From a candidate division FCPU426 bacterium (GTDB lineage: Bacteria > Oederibacteriota > Muellerivitia > Muellerivitales > Muellerivitaceae): DNA of 64,000 nucleotides. The notes beneath the pieces were generated by a model that saw nothing but the letters and a program-made list of their open reading frames with translations, had not been told where the DNA came from and did not search any database. Position numbers and translations under genes: made by a program. Of this stretch, positions 31,101 to 40,150 are shown piece after piece (the first letter of the stretch is position 1; every line of letters begins with the position of its first letter). The stretch covers positions 32,001-96,000 of the forward strand of contig CAWHOE010000046.1 of NCBI GenBank assembly GCA_963830915.1, in the 5' to 3' direction.

Positions 31101-31578
31101 GATCCAGGCCGCGCTCCAAATGGAGGTCGATCTTTCCGACCCCGGGTCAACCTTCCGGCCCTTTTGGGGTTTTCTGTATGATCATCTGACCGAAAACGCC
31201 TTCACTGAGACCGGTTCGGATAGCATGGCATTATCCCTTCCGGCCCAATCATTCGATTCCGCCCGCCTCTTCGCCGGTTTGGAAGAAGACTTGATCTTTC
31301 CGTTGGGAAAACATTCCCAACTGACTCCCATCCTGCGGGCTTCAGTGAGTAAGGACCTGGCCTCGCTTAATCCCGGTTTCCAAACATCTTTCAACGGAGC
31401 GCCTGGCAATCCCTTCCAGATCGGAGGCATCAGTCCTGATGGCACTGATTATGATCTCGGAGGTGGATTGAACCTTAAATTGGGTACTTCATTCGATGTT
31501 TTCGCGAATTTCGATGGTCACTTCAGTTCTACCCATTCCCTCAATTTGATCAGTGGAGGGATGACTGTAGGGCTGTAG
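28177..31578 (+). CDS. Autotransporter (type Va) with Gly-rich passenger domain
   Basis: Signal peptide; GGxGGxGG repeats; YTQTSSG.L autochaperone-like region; N..AVG..LD linker; C-terminal barrel (GFLGGYD, FTETG...L). True start is uncertain. Confidence 0.88.
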   Translation: MLFQFLYFLVCFSPNLWAQNAVTVTTNAGNQSFGSFGYAVTDLNALGDGTLTFSSPANIVLALPIPSFSNNVTFTGGGLSYDTLNGQDIAPAQLFFQKSFTQSDYLSLLGGGTAAGLDASVTASAWTINPGASVYMAAGTGAATSGTNGVGLTGFSGGDASVTIGTLVLNSIAGAVLNGGTGGSLSDVNGTGDEAGSGGGALMAGNALTLTGANISLNGGLGGDGTDTGTGTPTGGDGGTASVSFMTLSASSHSNLTLTGGNGGYADTAGDGGSASAQLSVVSISQSQLNLQGHDGRGGINGGGAGGSASVSLGTLSEILGSTFQIMGGNGNAGPSSAGDGGSAFIVGGSASVTASQFNITGGSGGSPDPITGSPGIAGNGGVGGNAGVSLNTLTADSESSLKLIGGNGGIGGSQTTAGQGGDGGSVTLILSSLSEGTSVQYYVQAGTGGGGGSGTSGGNGGNGGDAFVTVSNLTLGAGSLFSATSGAGGAGGSTGVNGTGGICTADIGSVTMTAGSTFIAAGTNANAAVSALNGNGFVSVGGLQVLAGTYNGVINGNSMLVPTAGNFTFTGTANLTNGLSIVGGNFGLGIGPSANAVINGNVNITNGAGTGVLWGYGKINGTVTNSAFVDPYGPSSIQTASLIITQYTQTSSGVLGLFVNPGDNQTSDLIVSGANLSGTLSTSWNLGSNFGFRDRYQIISGGPITGTFNTVNIVTGMYPVVLYGPNTVTLVMIKDHAAFSTYAETDNETAVGGTLDASLPFCSNSLAVKLGELSSLGSGQSNVLNQLGGVIYTALPGALMDQVQYGDELIFDHLGSSSFSGPNLAKLVLPPQTDDSISFAAKQGKRTSAKSAGSSEDGFWLESEDSFGSSGPTSQVTAFNLSNYGFLGGYDFSLNKQFKLGLLGGYLRSGVNPTDNSATADIIGAQFGLTAKGTFDIFSVGLLGGYVADHYNITRSVIIGSDANSLNGTYNGGQIQAALQMEVDLSDPGSTFRPFWGFLYDHLTENAFTETGSDSMALSLPAQSFDSARLFAGLEEDLIFPLGKHSQLTPILRASVSKDLASLNPGFQTSFNGAPGNPFQIGGISPDGTDYDLGGGLNLKLGTSFDVFANFDGHFSSTHSLNLISGGMTVGL

Positions 31579-31687
31579 TTTTTAGGCGGGATTTGGTAAG
31601 TTGAGATATTCTTCCCGGCATGGAAGCACTATTGAACAACTGGTTTGCTGACGAATTTTTTCACATTTAATTTTGAAAAATAAAAAA

Positions 31688-31761
31688 TGGCTGGGAGACT
31701 AGGATTCGAACCTAGATAAGCAGATCCAGAATCTGCTGTCCTACCATTAGACGATCTCCCA
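31688..31761 (-). tRNA. tRNA-Gln(CTG)
   Basis: Reverse complement TGGGAGATCGTCTAATGGTAGGACAGCAGATTCTGGATCTGCTTATCTAGGTTCGAATCCTAGTCTCCCAGCCA folds as a cloverleaf with anticodon CTG and an encoded CCA. Confidence 0.96.
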
Positions 31762-31845
31762 AAAAAGACGGCAAAAAGTATTCAGGCAGGGCACGAATTC
31801 TAACACAGGACGGCTTTTTTGGGGATTTTTTAGGATCGATCCACT

Positions 31846-32406
31846 TTAGCTAGGACGGATCACCGAAAGCATGGTTTGGTCGTGATGTTCCCCATCCCTG
31901 AGCACATAACTCTTCCGGAGCCCTTCGATCTGGAATCCTGATTTCAAGAGGGAGTTCAAGGAACGGACGTTATACGCCGCCGAAACCGCCCCAATCCGTT
32001 TGTATCCCAACTCTTCCAGACCGTAGCGCACCATACGTTTGGCGACCTCGGTTCCAATGCCCATACCCCACCATTTTTTATCGCCGATCAAGAAGCCGAA
32101 TTCCGCCGTCTTGTGGGAAGGGCGTTCGCTATAGAATTCCGCGGTACCGACTGGCAGCCATTTGCCATCCTCGTCCACCTCGATGACAAAGGACCTGGGC
32201 AATTTCTCATCCTCAGCCGATCCGGACTTGGCGAACCACTTCTCGGCGTCCGAAAAGGTCTGGTCCACGAAATGCACGTCGAAAAGCCTTCTGACTTCCG
32301 GATCGTTCCACCAGCCAACGATCGGTCCCCAATCCTTGCGGTTGACTGGACGAAGACGGCCCTTTTTTTCACCCCGATGAAATACGAAATCGATAATGTT
32401 GGTCAT
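31846..32406 (-). CDS. GNAT acetyltransferase, RimJ/RimL family
   Basis: AEFGFLIG...WGMGIGTE, N.RS....K.GFQIEG; RBS AGGGGAG before ATG 32406. Confidence 0.85.
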   Translation of the reverse strand: MTNIIDFVFHRGEKKGRLRPVNRKDWGPIVGWWNDPEVRRLFDVHFVDQTFSDAEKWFAKSGSAEDEKLPRSFVIEVDEDGKWLPVGTAEFYSERPSHKTAEFGFLIGDKKWWGMGIGTEVAKRMVRYGLEELGYKRIGAVSAAYNVRSLNSLLKSGFQIEGLRKSYVLRDGEHHDQTMLSVIRPS

Positions 32407-32486
32407 AGCTCCCCTTTTTGATGCCTTATTACCCACTACCATAACGAAAAAAGTGTGGCTTTGACAACCCCTGAAGCAAGGGATTT

Positions 32487-33962
32487 TTATTCGGATGCCG
32501 CCGGTTTGGCCTTGATCATCTGGATAAACCGCAACAATCGTACGATACAACGCCCTTTTCCAAGTATCTCAATGAGTTCAAATATATTAGGGCTGGCGGT
32601 TCGGCCCGTGATGGCCAAACGCATCGGATGGACATACTCTCCGAACTTGCGTCCTTCCTGCGCGGAAGCCTGGCGAAGTTTATCTTCCAGGGTCATGGCA
32701 TTAAAATCGATGGCCTCTTCCAGAACAAACACGATTTGTTGAAGGATCGGTATGGTCTCCAGCTTGAGGTATTTCTCCAGGCCTCCTTCATCATAGGTAT
32801 GGACCTCCCCCAGGAAGTAGGTCAATTCTTGCCCGACATCGGAGATGGTTTTAAGGCTATTCTTGACGGTCGCGAGCATGCGCATCAAGGCAGGGCCGCC
32901 TTCCCGCATGAAATCCTGGGTAATGGCGTCCGCTTCCCAGAGATATTCCAAACAAAGTTGATAGATCCGTTCGGCGTCAGCTTCGCGGATATAATGGCCG
33001 TTCATCCACTGTAATTTATCGTAGTCGAAACAAGCGGGACTTTTGACGACCCTTTCCAGGCCGAATTTTCGGACCAAATCTTCTTTTGAGAAAAGTTCCG
33101 TCTTACCATCGAGGGCCCAACCCAACAAGGCTAAATAATTTATAAGGGCTTCAGGAAGATATCCTTGGCGTTTGAACTCACCGACCGAACTGGCGCCATG
33201 GCGTTTGGAAAGTGGTGTACGGTCTGTTCCTAGGATCAAGGGGATATGGGCGAATTGAGGGGCTGATAAGCCTAAAGCCTTATAAAGAAGTATCTGTTTG
33301 GGCGTGTTGGAAATATGATCGTCACCGCGGATAACATGCGATATCTTCATCAAAGCGTCATCAACGGCCGCTACGAAGTTATAGGTGGGTTCCCCACCGC
33401 TGCGAACGAGGATAAATTCGTCGATTTCAGCATGTTCCACTGTGACCTGACCCCGGACCAGGTCTTGAAAAGTCGTCTGTCCCTCTGGGACCTTCAAACG
33501 CACGGAAAAATTATCCCCCGCCTTGGCCCTGACATCAGCCAAGGAAAGCCCCAGATTCCGACATTTTCCCGAATAGCGGTAAACCTTACCCAAAATTTGG
33601 GCCTCAGCCCTTTCTGCCTCCAACTCCTTGTGGGTACATAAACAGTAATAAGCCGTACCGGAGGAAATGAGTTTTTTCAGTTGTTCCCGATAGATCCCCG
33701 CTCTTTCGGTCTGCCGATAGGGACCATATGGGCCCCCGATCGATGGGCCTTCATCCCAATCCAGGCCCATCCACTGTAGATTGGTGATGATCGCTTCTTC
33801 ATATTCAGGTTTCGATCTTTCTCGATCCGTATCCTCGATCCGAAGGATGAATTTCCCGCCGGCATGTCTGGCAAAGAGCCAATTAAATAGGGCTGTCCTA
33901 GCCCCCCCGACATGGAGAAAACCGGTAGGGCTGGGCGCGAATCTCACTCTTACTTGACTCAT
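32487..33962 (-). CDS. gltX: Glutamate--tRNA ligase
   Basis: VRVRFAPSPTGFLHVGGARTALFN, LRIEDTD, RGDDH, LSKRHG. Confidence 0.97.
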   Translation of the reverse strand: MSQVRVRFAPSPTGFLHVGGARTALFNWLFARHAGGKFILRIEDTDRERSKPEYEEAIITNLQWMGLDWDEGPSIGGPYGPYRQTERAGIYREQLKKLISSGTAYYCLCTHKELEAERAEAQILGKVYRYSGKCRNLGLSLADVRAKAGDNFSVRLKVPEGQTTFQDLVRGQVTVEHAEIDEFILVRSGGEPTYNFVAAVDDALMKISHVIRGDDHISNTPKQILLYKALGLSAPQFAHIPLILGTDRTPLSKRHGASSVGEFKRQGYLPEALINYLALLGWALDGKTELFSKEDLVRKFGLERVVKSPACFDYDKLQWMNGHYIREADAERIYQLCLEYLWEADAITQDFMREGGPALMRMLATVKNSLKTISDVGQELTYFLGEVHTYDEGGLEKYLKLETIPILQQIVFVLEEAIDFNAMTLEDKLRQASAQEGRKFGEYVHPMRLAITGRTASPNIFELIEILGKGRCIVRLLRFIQMIKAKPAASE

Positions 33963-34089
33963 AACCTGAAGTCCTTCTATTATTCCGTCCAAGGTTTCTA
34001 AAGGGTGCCTGGATTGAGGAATTTTTTAACCTTAAAACGAGGTCTAATGTTATGCTACTGAATAATTCATCCCCTGGAGCATTAAAGGC

Positions 34090-34470
34090 ATGAAAAAGAT
34101 TCCACGGCCGCAAAACCAAAACAATAAACGTACCAACCGCCGCGTGGTCATGGTGAAGTCCATAAGGGGGTACGTTAACAATACGTTGAATGATGGAACG
34201 GCGTTCCGAGCCCAACTCATTAATGTTAGTACCACAGGCTGCCAAATATATTCCAACAAAGGTCTGGAACCGAACACATCCATCAATTTAGATCTGGATT
34301 CCTTGGACGGAAGTCATTGCATGACCTACACCAGTAAGGTCGTTTGGGCCAAGAAAAACCCCATGAAATCCATGGGAAGATTCGCTTATGGGATCAATTT
34401 CGAGGTTATCACCGCGGAGCATATCAAGTTCTTGGAAAATAATTACTCTTTGAGTGCCCAGCCCGAATAG
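34090..34470 (+). CDS. PilZ-domain protein
   Basis: Both c-di-GMP motifs are present: RTNRR (RxxxR) and NVSTTG (N/DxSxxG); also KVVW and YGINF. Confidence 0.85.
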   Translation: MKKIPRPQNQNNKRTNRRVVMVKSIRGYVNNTLNDGTAFRAQLINVSTTGCQIYSNKGLEPNTSINLDLDSLDGSHCMTYTSKVVWAKKNPMKSMGRFAYGINFEVITAEHIKFLENNYSLSAQPE

Positions 34471-34518
34471 CTTTTCGACCCCAATCACTTTCATCCCCAC
34501 ATTTCTTCAATGCATCGT

Positions 34519-35658
34519 TCAACTTCCGCCTGGGATGATGGCCTTTTTCAATACCATTAAAACGCCCTTATGCAGGCTATCCGTTTCAGCGGCGTTGGTC
34601 ATGGCTTTTTGGAATTGTGGGTTGATCTCCAAAGCCTTTTTAAACTCCTTCATGGAACGACTCACATCGAACCGACATTTAATTAGATAAGCGGTCCCTA
34701 GGTGATGATGCAAATCGGCGTAATGGGGATATTCCTCAATGACTTTGGTCAGTTTTTCAATGTATTGCTCGGTCATCTGAAGATCGATGCCTTCGCTTCC
34801 ATACAATAATGTTAACGTGAAAAAGAAGATGATCTCATCGCCGATCCTGGGAACATACCTAGGACGAACTTCCAGAAAAGTTTGAAAAGAAAGGGAGTAT
34901 TTCTTGTTCTTGAGATAATCGATGGCCATCATATAGTCCCGGTTTCGCACCTTGGGGTTCAGGGTCGCCGCCGTTTCCGCCTCGGTCCTGGCCCGTTCGG
35001 TCAATTCGGACATCTTTGAATCGTTCAGGTTGGAAGAGGAGTTAAGCAAGTATCCCACGCAAGCCGTGGCTAACCTAAGTCGGGCATCGGCGTAACGGGG
35101 ATTGATCTGAAGGGCCTGCAAATAACATTGAACAGCTTCGTCGAGTTCCCGTTTATAAAGGTGAACATTGCCAAGGTGATAATAAATATCTGCAAAGGAA
35201 GGGCCCAGATCCCGAGCGTGGCTCAGGATGGCCATGGCGCCGTCGTAATCCTCTAACAGGGTCAAGGTAATGCCATAACACTTCACCGCTTGGAGATGGT
35301 TCGGATCCATTTCCATCGATTTAAGGAATCTTTGGCGCGCGTCATCATAAAAACCGTTGGACAGAAAGATAACGCCGACCTTCCAACAAGCATCGGCAGT
35401 GGGTTTTTCATCGATTTTTTTATTTAGTCGGAAGATGGATTCAAGCTCTACAGTGCGGTTGCGGTGGATATCCTGCATGGCCTGTTTGAAGGATGATTCA
35501 TCCAAGCCTTCCGGCAGGTCGAATTCCCTTTGGGAAAGTATCCTGCCGCTTAGCAGGACTACCGAGGAGACCCGGTTTTTCCCAGGCACAGGATTAGTTT
35601 CAACGGTATAACTTTTGCCCTCGATTTCAATGAGGGAAGTGAGTGCTGCCCTTTCCAT
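34519..35658 (-). CDS. Cytoplasmic tetratricopeptide-repeat protein
   Basis: Repeated TPR motifs (FADIYYHLG, ALQINPRYADA, YADLHHHLG, ALEINPQF); no signal peptide. Confidence 0.85.
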   Translation of the reverse strand: MERAALTSLIEIEGKSYTVETNPVPGKNRVSSVVLLSGRILSQREFDLPEGLDESSFKQAMQDIHRNRTVELESIFRLNKKIDEKPTADACWKVGVIFLSNGFYDDARQRFLKSMEMDPNHLQAVKCYGITLTLLEDYDGAMAILSHARDLGPSFADIYYHLGNVHLYKRELDEAVQCYLQALQINPRYADARLRLATACVGYLLNSSSNLNDSKMSELTERARTEAETAATLNPKVRNRDYMMAIDYLKNKKYSLSFQTFLEVRPRYVPRIGDEIIFFFTLTLLYGSEGIDLQMTEQYIEKLTKVIEEYPHYADLHHHLGTAYLIKCRFDVSRSMKEFKKALEINPQFQKAMTNAAETDSLHKGVLMVLKKAIIPGGS

Positions 35659-35691
35659 ATCATTCCAAGTTCCGGATCGTCAAATCCCAGA

Positions 35692-36051
35692 TTATTTCTC
35701 GAAGCTCTTCTTGACCGCCGTTTCCACGTTCGGGTAAGACTTCAAGATCGTGTTGAATTCAAGAAGCTCGAAAACCTCGGAAACTTCGGGGTTCATTCCC
35801 ACCAGGACCAGGTCACCTTTTTGGTTTCGAATGCGTTTGATCTCGCTGATGAAGATACCCCATCCGGCGCTGCTGATATAGTTCACATCCTTAAGATCTA
35901 CGACCAATTTATATTTTTTCTCGTTCAGGACCGAAAGGAACTTCTTCTCGAATTCTGGGGCAGTGGTGGTATCAATGAAACCCTTGACCGAGAACAAGGT
36001 GATGTCCCTATTTTGCGAGTATTCGGATACATTCACCGAGATATTTTCCAT
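35692..36051 (-). CDS. STAS-domain anti-sigma-factor antagonist (RsbV/SpoIIAA-like)
   Basis: KGFIDTTTAP and VDLKDVNYISSAGWG, which carries the phosphorylatable Ser. Confidence 0.93.
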   Translation of the reverse strand: MENISVNVSEYSQNRDITLFSVKGFIDTTTAPEFEKKFLSVLNEKKYKLVVDLKDVNYISSAGWGIFISEIKRIRNQKGDLVLVGMNPEVSEVFELLEFNTILKSYPNVETAVKKSFEK

Positions 36052-36098
36052 ATTTCCTCCGTTTGATACCCCAACCGGGGCTTATTATCACGTTGCTT

Positions 36099-38498
36099 TT
36101 AGACTGTGTCAACCTCATTGAGGGCGAATGCTTTCCGCTGGGAAACAGTGCTTAGTCCCTTTCGTTTGAGATACTCATAGATCAAGGGCGGTTCGATCTT
36201 CACCGGGTTTTTGGTTTTCCTCAATGCCTCTGAAAGTCTCTGTGGCCCGAATTCCGGATGCAGCCTCAATAGCGCGATCACGGCTTCTTTTTGGGGAAGG
36301 GATAGTTCCCGGATGGTGTTCTTGCTCTTGGAGACGATCGGTTTCAAACCTGCCGTACCCTTTTCGTCCATCATCTTCTTGAATCGATAATAAGCGTTCG
36401 TGGAGATGTGCATCTGTCGACAGGCCTCGGCAACGGACATCCCTTTTTTCTCCACCATATCGATGAGCTTCTTACGGAATTTGAAAACCACGTTCTCGGC
36501 CTTCATTTTTTCCTTGATGGCCACTACCGTAATGTCATCGTTCTGTTCGGCCCCCTTGGTAAATTGAGCGATTCCCTCATTAAGCTTCTCGACGAACTCC
36601 TGCGCGGTCAAATGGGCGTTATCTTTGATGACTTGAACTAGCCGTTCCTCGCCAAATTGCTCCTTTTGGGCGTTCATGGCCTCAGTGATACCGTCGGTAT
36701 AGATGACCAGCATATCGTTTTTCTGAAAACTGACCTTTTGAAGCGCCATATTCTTCCGGAACATGTCGTCCTCCGGCAGATCGATCCCTACCGGAAAACC
36801 CTTGGGTTTGAGGTAATAAACTTCCTTGGTCCCTCCGCGGTAAAGGATCATCGGGTTATGTCCAGCGCTAGCGAAATTGATGGATCGGTTTCGGGAATCC
36901 AGAATGATATAAAACATCGTTACAAACATGCCCTTTTTCATGTCGGACGTAACATGCGTATTGACCTTCCCCAGGACATCGGAAGCAGACTTGTTACCCC
37001 GGGCTTCCAGACGCATAGCCGTACGGATCATGGTCATGACCATGGAACCTGGAACGCCCTTACCCGAGACGTCCGCCACCACGATACCTAACGTGGTAGG
37101 GTCCACCCAGAAGAAGTCGTAATAGTCCCCACCCACTTCCTTCGCCGCCCTATAAGTCGCCCCGACTTCATAACCCTCGATCTGGGGAAATTCAGCGGGC
37201 AGAAGGGTATGCTGAATTTCCTGGGCCACCTGCATCTCTTTTTGCATCCGTTCTTGCTCCATCATCCCTTTCTGGGAGTCCTGGATGCGATTGGTCATTT
37301 CGTTGAAGATATTGGCCAGCTGGCCGAATTCATCTTGTGAATCCATCTCGATCTTGACGCTCAAATCCCCTGTGCTGATAGCGTGCACGCCTTCCAGGAT
37401 CTTCCGGAACGGCCTAATAACAATGAGAGAAAGCAGATAGAGACCCAACATCCCGACGATCGAAATGGCTAGGAATATCCTGCGGAAGTCCGACCTCATC
37501 TTGACCAACAGCTTTTGGATAGCGGCGTCCGGAATACCGGCATGCACTTCCCCAACCCACTGGTTATGGAAATAGATAGGAGAACCATAATCAGTTAGGG
37601 TTCCTTGTGAATCCTTGGCCCGGAATACCTGGATACCTGGATTCTTAGCGGATTTAATACCCGCTAGTGGTTGATACGGTTTAAACAGCTGGGTAAGGTC
37701 AGAATGGGCTAGGTATTTCCCTTCCGAACCGACAACGAAAAGATATTCCACCGTTTTTTCCGGGTCCTGGTCAAGCAATTGGCGGACCTTGCGTTCTAGA
37801 TCCAGATCATTTTTTTGAACAACTCCCGCCCCTGCTTCCGATGCCAGTGAACTGACTACCATATCCGCTTTATCTTTTTGGTGTTTTAAAACCAGATTCT
37901 CTTGGCGGGTACTGAAGAAAAAGAAAATGGCGAGGATCAACATTCCTACCAGACCCAAGGACCCCAATGTGAATTTCGCCGAAACCGAAACCGTCCCCTT
38001 CTTTAATCCCAATTCCCTTGGGGGCGTCTTGGTTAATTTTCGATAAAGAATCAGTTCGTTATGGTCCCCATAGGCCTTATAGGCGACCCGATGCATGACT
38101 TTCTTGATGAGCCATATACCCAAGCCACCCTTTTTTCCGATATCCACGTAGTAATTCAGGTCTGGATCCTTGACAGAACGGAAATCAAATGGTTTCCCAT
38201 AATCAGTGATCACGATCTTTAGGTCGCGGATACCGATCCCCATCTCCAGCAGTATCTTGCCATCGGTCACGCCTCGATAAGCGTGGCGGATGATATTGCT
38301 ACAGGCCTCATCAATGGCCAGCTTGATGGCCGAGATCTCTTTACTGCTACAGCCCGCGGCGTCACAGACCCTCTGGACAAAATCCTTTATTGCTAAAAGT
38401 TCCAGATCTACGGCCTGAACTTCCAACCGATAGGATCGCCTTTTGGCTTCGAACGAAAAATTCGATATTGATTGGGTTAAAAAATCTTTCAATTTCAT
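36099..38498 (-). CDS. Membrane fusion protein: RsbW-like HATPase - TM - periplasmic sensor - TM - HAMP - SpoIIE/PP2C phosphatase - C-terminal HTH
   Basis: LAIDEACSNIIRHAY, D.G..FD and GGLGIWLI (anti-sigma kinase); two TM helices; DEFGQLA..FNEM (HAMP); VGGDYYD, ADVSGKG, YTDGITE and DDIT (PP2C); SVAEACRQ.HIS...YYR (HTH). Confidence 0.92.
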   Translation of the reverse strand: MKLKDFLTQSISNFSFEAKRRSYRLEVQAVDLELLAIKDFVQRVCDAAGCSSKEISAIKLAIDEACSNIIRHAYRGVTDGKILLEMGIGIRDLKIVITDYGKPFDFRSVKDPDLNYYVDIGKKGGLGIWLIKKVMHRVAYKAYGDHNELILYRKLTKTPPRELGLKKGTVSVSAKFTLGSLGLVGMLILAIFFFFSTRQENLVLKHQKDKADMVVSSLASEAGAGVVQKNDLDLERKVRQLLDQDPEKTVEYLFVVGSEGKYLAHSDLTQLFKPYQPLAGIKSAKNPGIQVFRAKDSQGTLTDYGSPIYFHNQWVGEVHAGIPDAAIQKLLVKMRSDFRRIFLAISIVGMLGLYLLSLIVIRPFRKILEGVHAISTGDLSVKIEMDSQDEFGQLANIFNEMTNRIQDSQKGMMEQERMQKEMQVAQEIQHTLLPAEFPQIEGYEVGATYRAAKEVGGDYYDFFWVDPTTLGIVVADVSGKGVPGSMVMTMIRTAMRLEARGNKSASDVLGKVNTHVTSDMKKGMFVTMFYIILDSRNRSINFASAGHNPMILYRGGTKEVYYLKPKGFPVGIDLPEDDMFRKNMALQKVSFQKNDMLVIYTDGITEAMNAQKEQFGEERLVQVIKDNAHLTAQEFVEKLNEGIAQFTKGAEQNDDITVVAIKEKMKAENVVFKFRKKLIDMVEKKGMSVAEACRQMHISTNAYYRFKKMMDEKGTAGLKPIVSKSKNTIRELSLPQKEAVIALLRLHPEFGPQRLSEALRKTKNPVKIEPPLIYEYLKRKGLSTVSQRKAFALNEVDTV

Positions 38499-40150
38499 TG
38501 TTTTTTCTTATTCCCATCATCGTTTTTGGTCTTACTATTTTCCGTCGGCTTATCCTTCAAGCGGTCCCTCGCCTCTTCTAGGTTGCGCTGAACTAAGTAG
38601 TTCTTGGGATTTCGATCCAGGACCTTTTCCCAAACCGATATGGCCTGTTGGTACTGGCCTTTCATGTAAAAATCCACGCCTTTGGCATAAAGATCGGTCA
38701 AATCCTTGGACATGGACTCCAAAGGCAAGTAATGGCTCTGAGCGTCATTATAAAAGTATTTCACCTGACGATATTCAGGATCTGTTTCATATACCGTTTT
38801 CAGACACTCAACGGCCGTTGCGTAATCCTCCCGGTCATACGCTTCCACTCCCCGAATGTAATTGTTGGAGACCAGCATCTTCCGGTCCACTTGCTTCAAT
38901 AGGCTCTTGGCCTCGGGATTTCCCGAATCCAAGCTCATGACCTGGCCCAGAAGGGGCAATGCTTGAGCTAAATTGCCCATTCCCATCTGACGGCGGATCT
39001 CCTTAAGTTGTTTTTGGACCTCCAGCCGTCTTGCCTCCTCAAGGGCCTGTATCGAGTGTTCCGCTTCCGAATCATCCGGGAATTCTTTTTGGACGGTCTT
39101 CCAAGACTGGATAGCGGCTCCAAAATCATTGGTCCTGGAATAGCTCCGAGCTACCCATTTTAAGAGATCCACCCGTTGAGCCTGGAGGGGATCTTGGTAG
39201 GATCCAAATCGGTAAGTCAGGGAAAAGCGGTGGAGGGTACCAAGATCGCTCTCGTTATAAGCGTAATCAAACTGGAAACCAGAAAATCGTAATCCCGCGC
39301 CTAACGTGGGACTGGTTCCATCGAATCCCGCCCTCCCAAAGAGGGTATTTTGCCAAACATACTCGGCTCCCGCCTTAATGGTTTTGTTCCCTATTTCCGG
39401 CAGCTCACCTTCAACGGTTAGCCAGAGAGCGCTTTTGGAGGAAAACTGATAGCGGTAACCGATGGCTGGCTTAAGAATCTGGACAGGGTCGTCAGCGCTC
39501 TGGAATAGTTTTGTTTGAGGCTTCAACAGATTTATGGCAGAAAAGCCGAGTAGGATATTCCGGTAGCCTAATTGGCTGTAGTCGGCTTGGTTACGGGCAA
39601 ACCGATAAAGAGCGCCTAAATCGACCCCCATCCCGCTACCCTGATAAGAATCCATCTGTTGAAGGATATATTTCACAGACGCTCCCAAATCCAGACCCTC
39701 ATAAACATCCAACCCATAACCCACTTGGCCCTGCCATTGAACCGAAGAAAACGTTGAAACAGCTTGGATATTATTGACCGTTTTAAGAATATTATCCGTT
39801 CCCAATCGGGCGAGGGAGAAACCAAAACTGCTATGAGCCGCCACGGGCTGGGCATACCCAATCGAATCGTAAATCGTATCAAGAAACAGCGGAGCGTGGA
39901 ATGTGATGATTTCCTGCTGGTTAAGCGTGCCAAGGGACGCAGGATTATCGATGAAACTATCCCCGTCACCTGACAATGCCGTATCCGCCCCCCCCATTCC
40001 CAAGGTCCTAGCCGATTCGCCAAGTGAGAAGGGCGAAACACTCCCTCCCGAAGAGAGAGTTTGGGCCTGAAGTACGACACCACAATTCAAGACAGCGGCC
40101 ATGAAAAAGAAGCACAACGTCTTGCCTGATTTGATTCCCAAGATTCTCAT
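38495..40150 (-). CDS. PorV/PorQ-family (FadL-like) outer-membrane barrel fused to C-terminal TPRs
   Basis: Signal peptide; SARTLGMGGA.TA.S.D......NPA.L; barrel ends LGTLHRFSLTYRFG; about 230 aa of TPR-like helices follow. Confidence 0.85.
   Translation of the reverse strand: MRILGIKSGKTLCFFFMAAVLNCGVVLQAQTLSSGGSVSPFSLGESARTLGMGGADTALSGDGDSFIDNPASLGTLNQQEIITFHAPLFLDTIYDSIGYAQPVAAHSSFGFSLARLGTDNILKTVNNIQAVSTFSSVQWQGQVGYGLDVYEGLDLGASVKYILQQMDSYQGSGMGVDLGALYRFARNQADYSQLGYRNILLGFSAINLLKPQTKLFQSADDPVQILKPAIGYRYQFSSKSALWLTVEGELPEIGNKTIKAGAEYVWQNTLFGRAGFDGTSPTLGAGLRFSGFQFDYAYNESDLGTLHRFSLTYRFGSYQDPLQAQRVDLLKWVARSYSRTNDFGAAIQSWKTVQKEFPDDSEAEHSIQALEEARRLEVQKQLKEIRRQMGMGNLAQALPLLGQVMSLDSGNPEAKSLLKQVDRKMLVSNNYIRGVEAYDREDYATAVECLKTVYETDPEYRQVKYFYNDAQSHYLPLESMSKDLTDLYAKGVDFYMKGQYQQAISVWEKVLDRNPKNYLVQRNLEEARDRLKDKPTENSKTKNDDGNKKKQ

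Noticed and set aside
26259..31761. Genomic island integrated at tRNA-Gln
   Set aside because: No integrase, and I noticed no duplicated tRNA 3' end. This was a by-eye scan only.
36099..36480. IS element
   Set aside because: Only an HTH-like region fused in frame; no DDE domain, terminal repeats or target duplication was seen.
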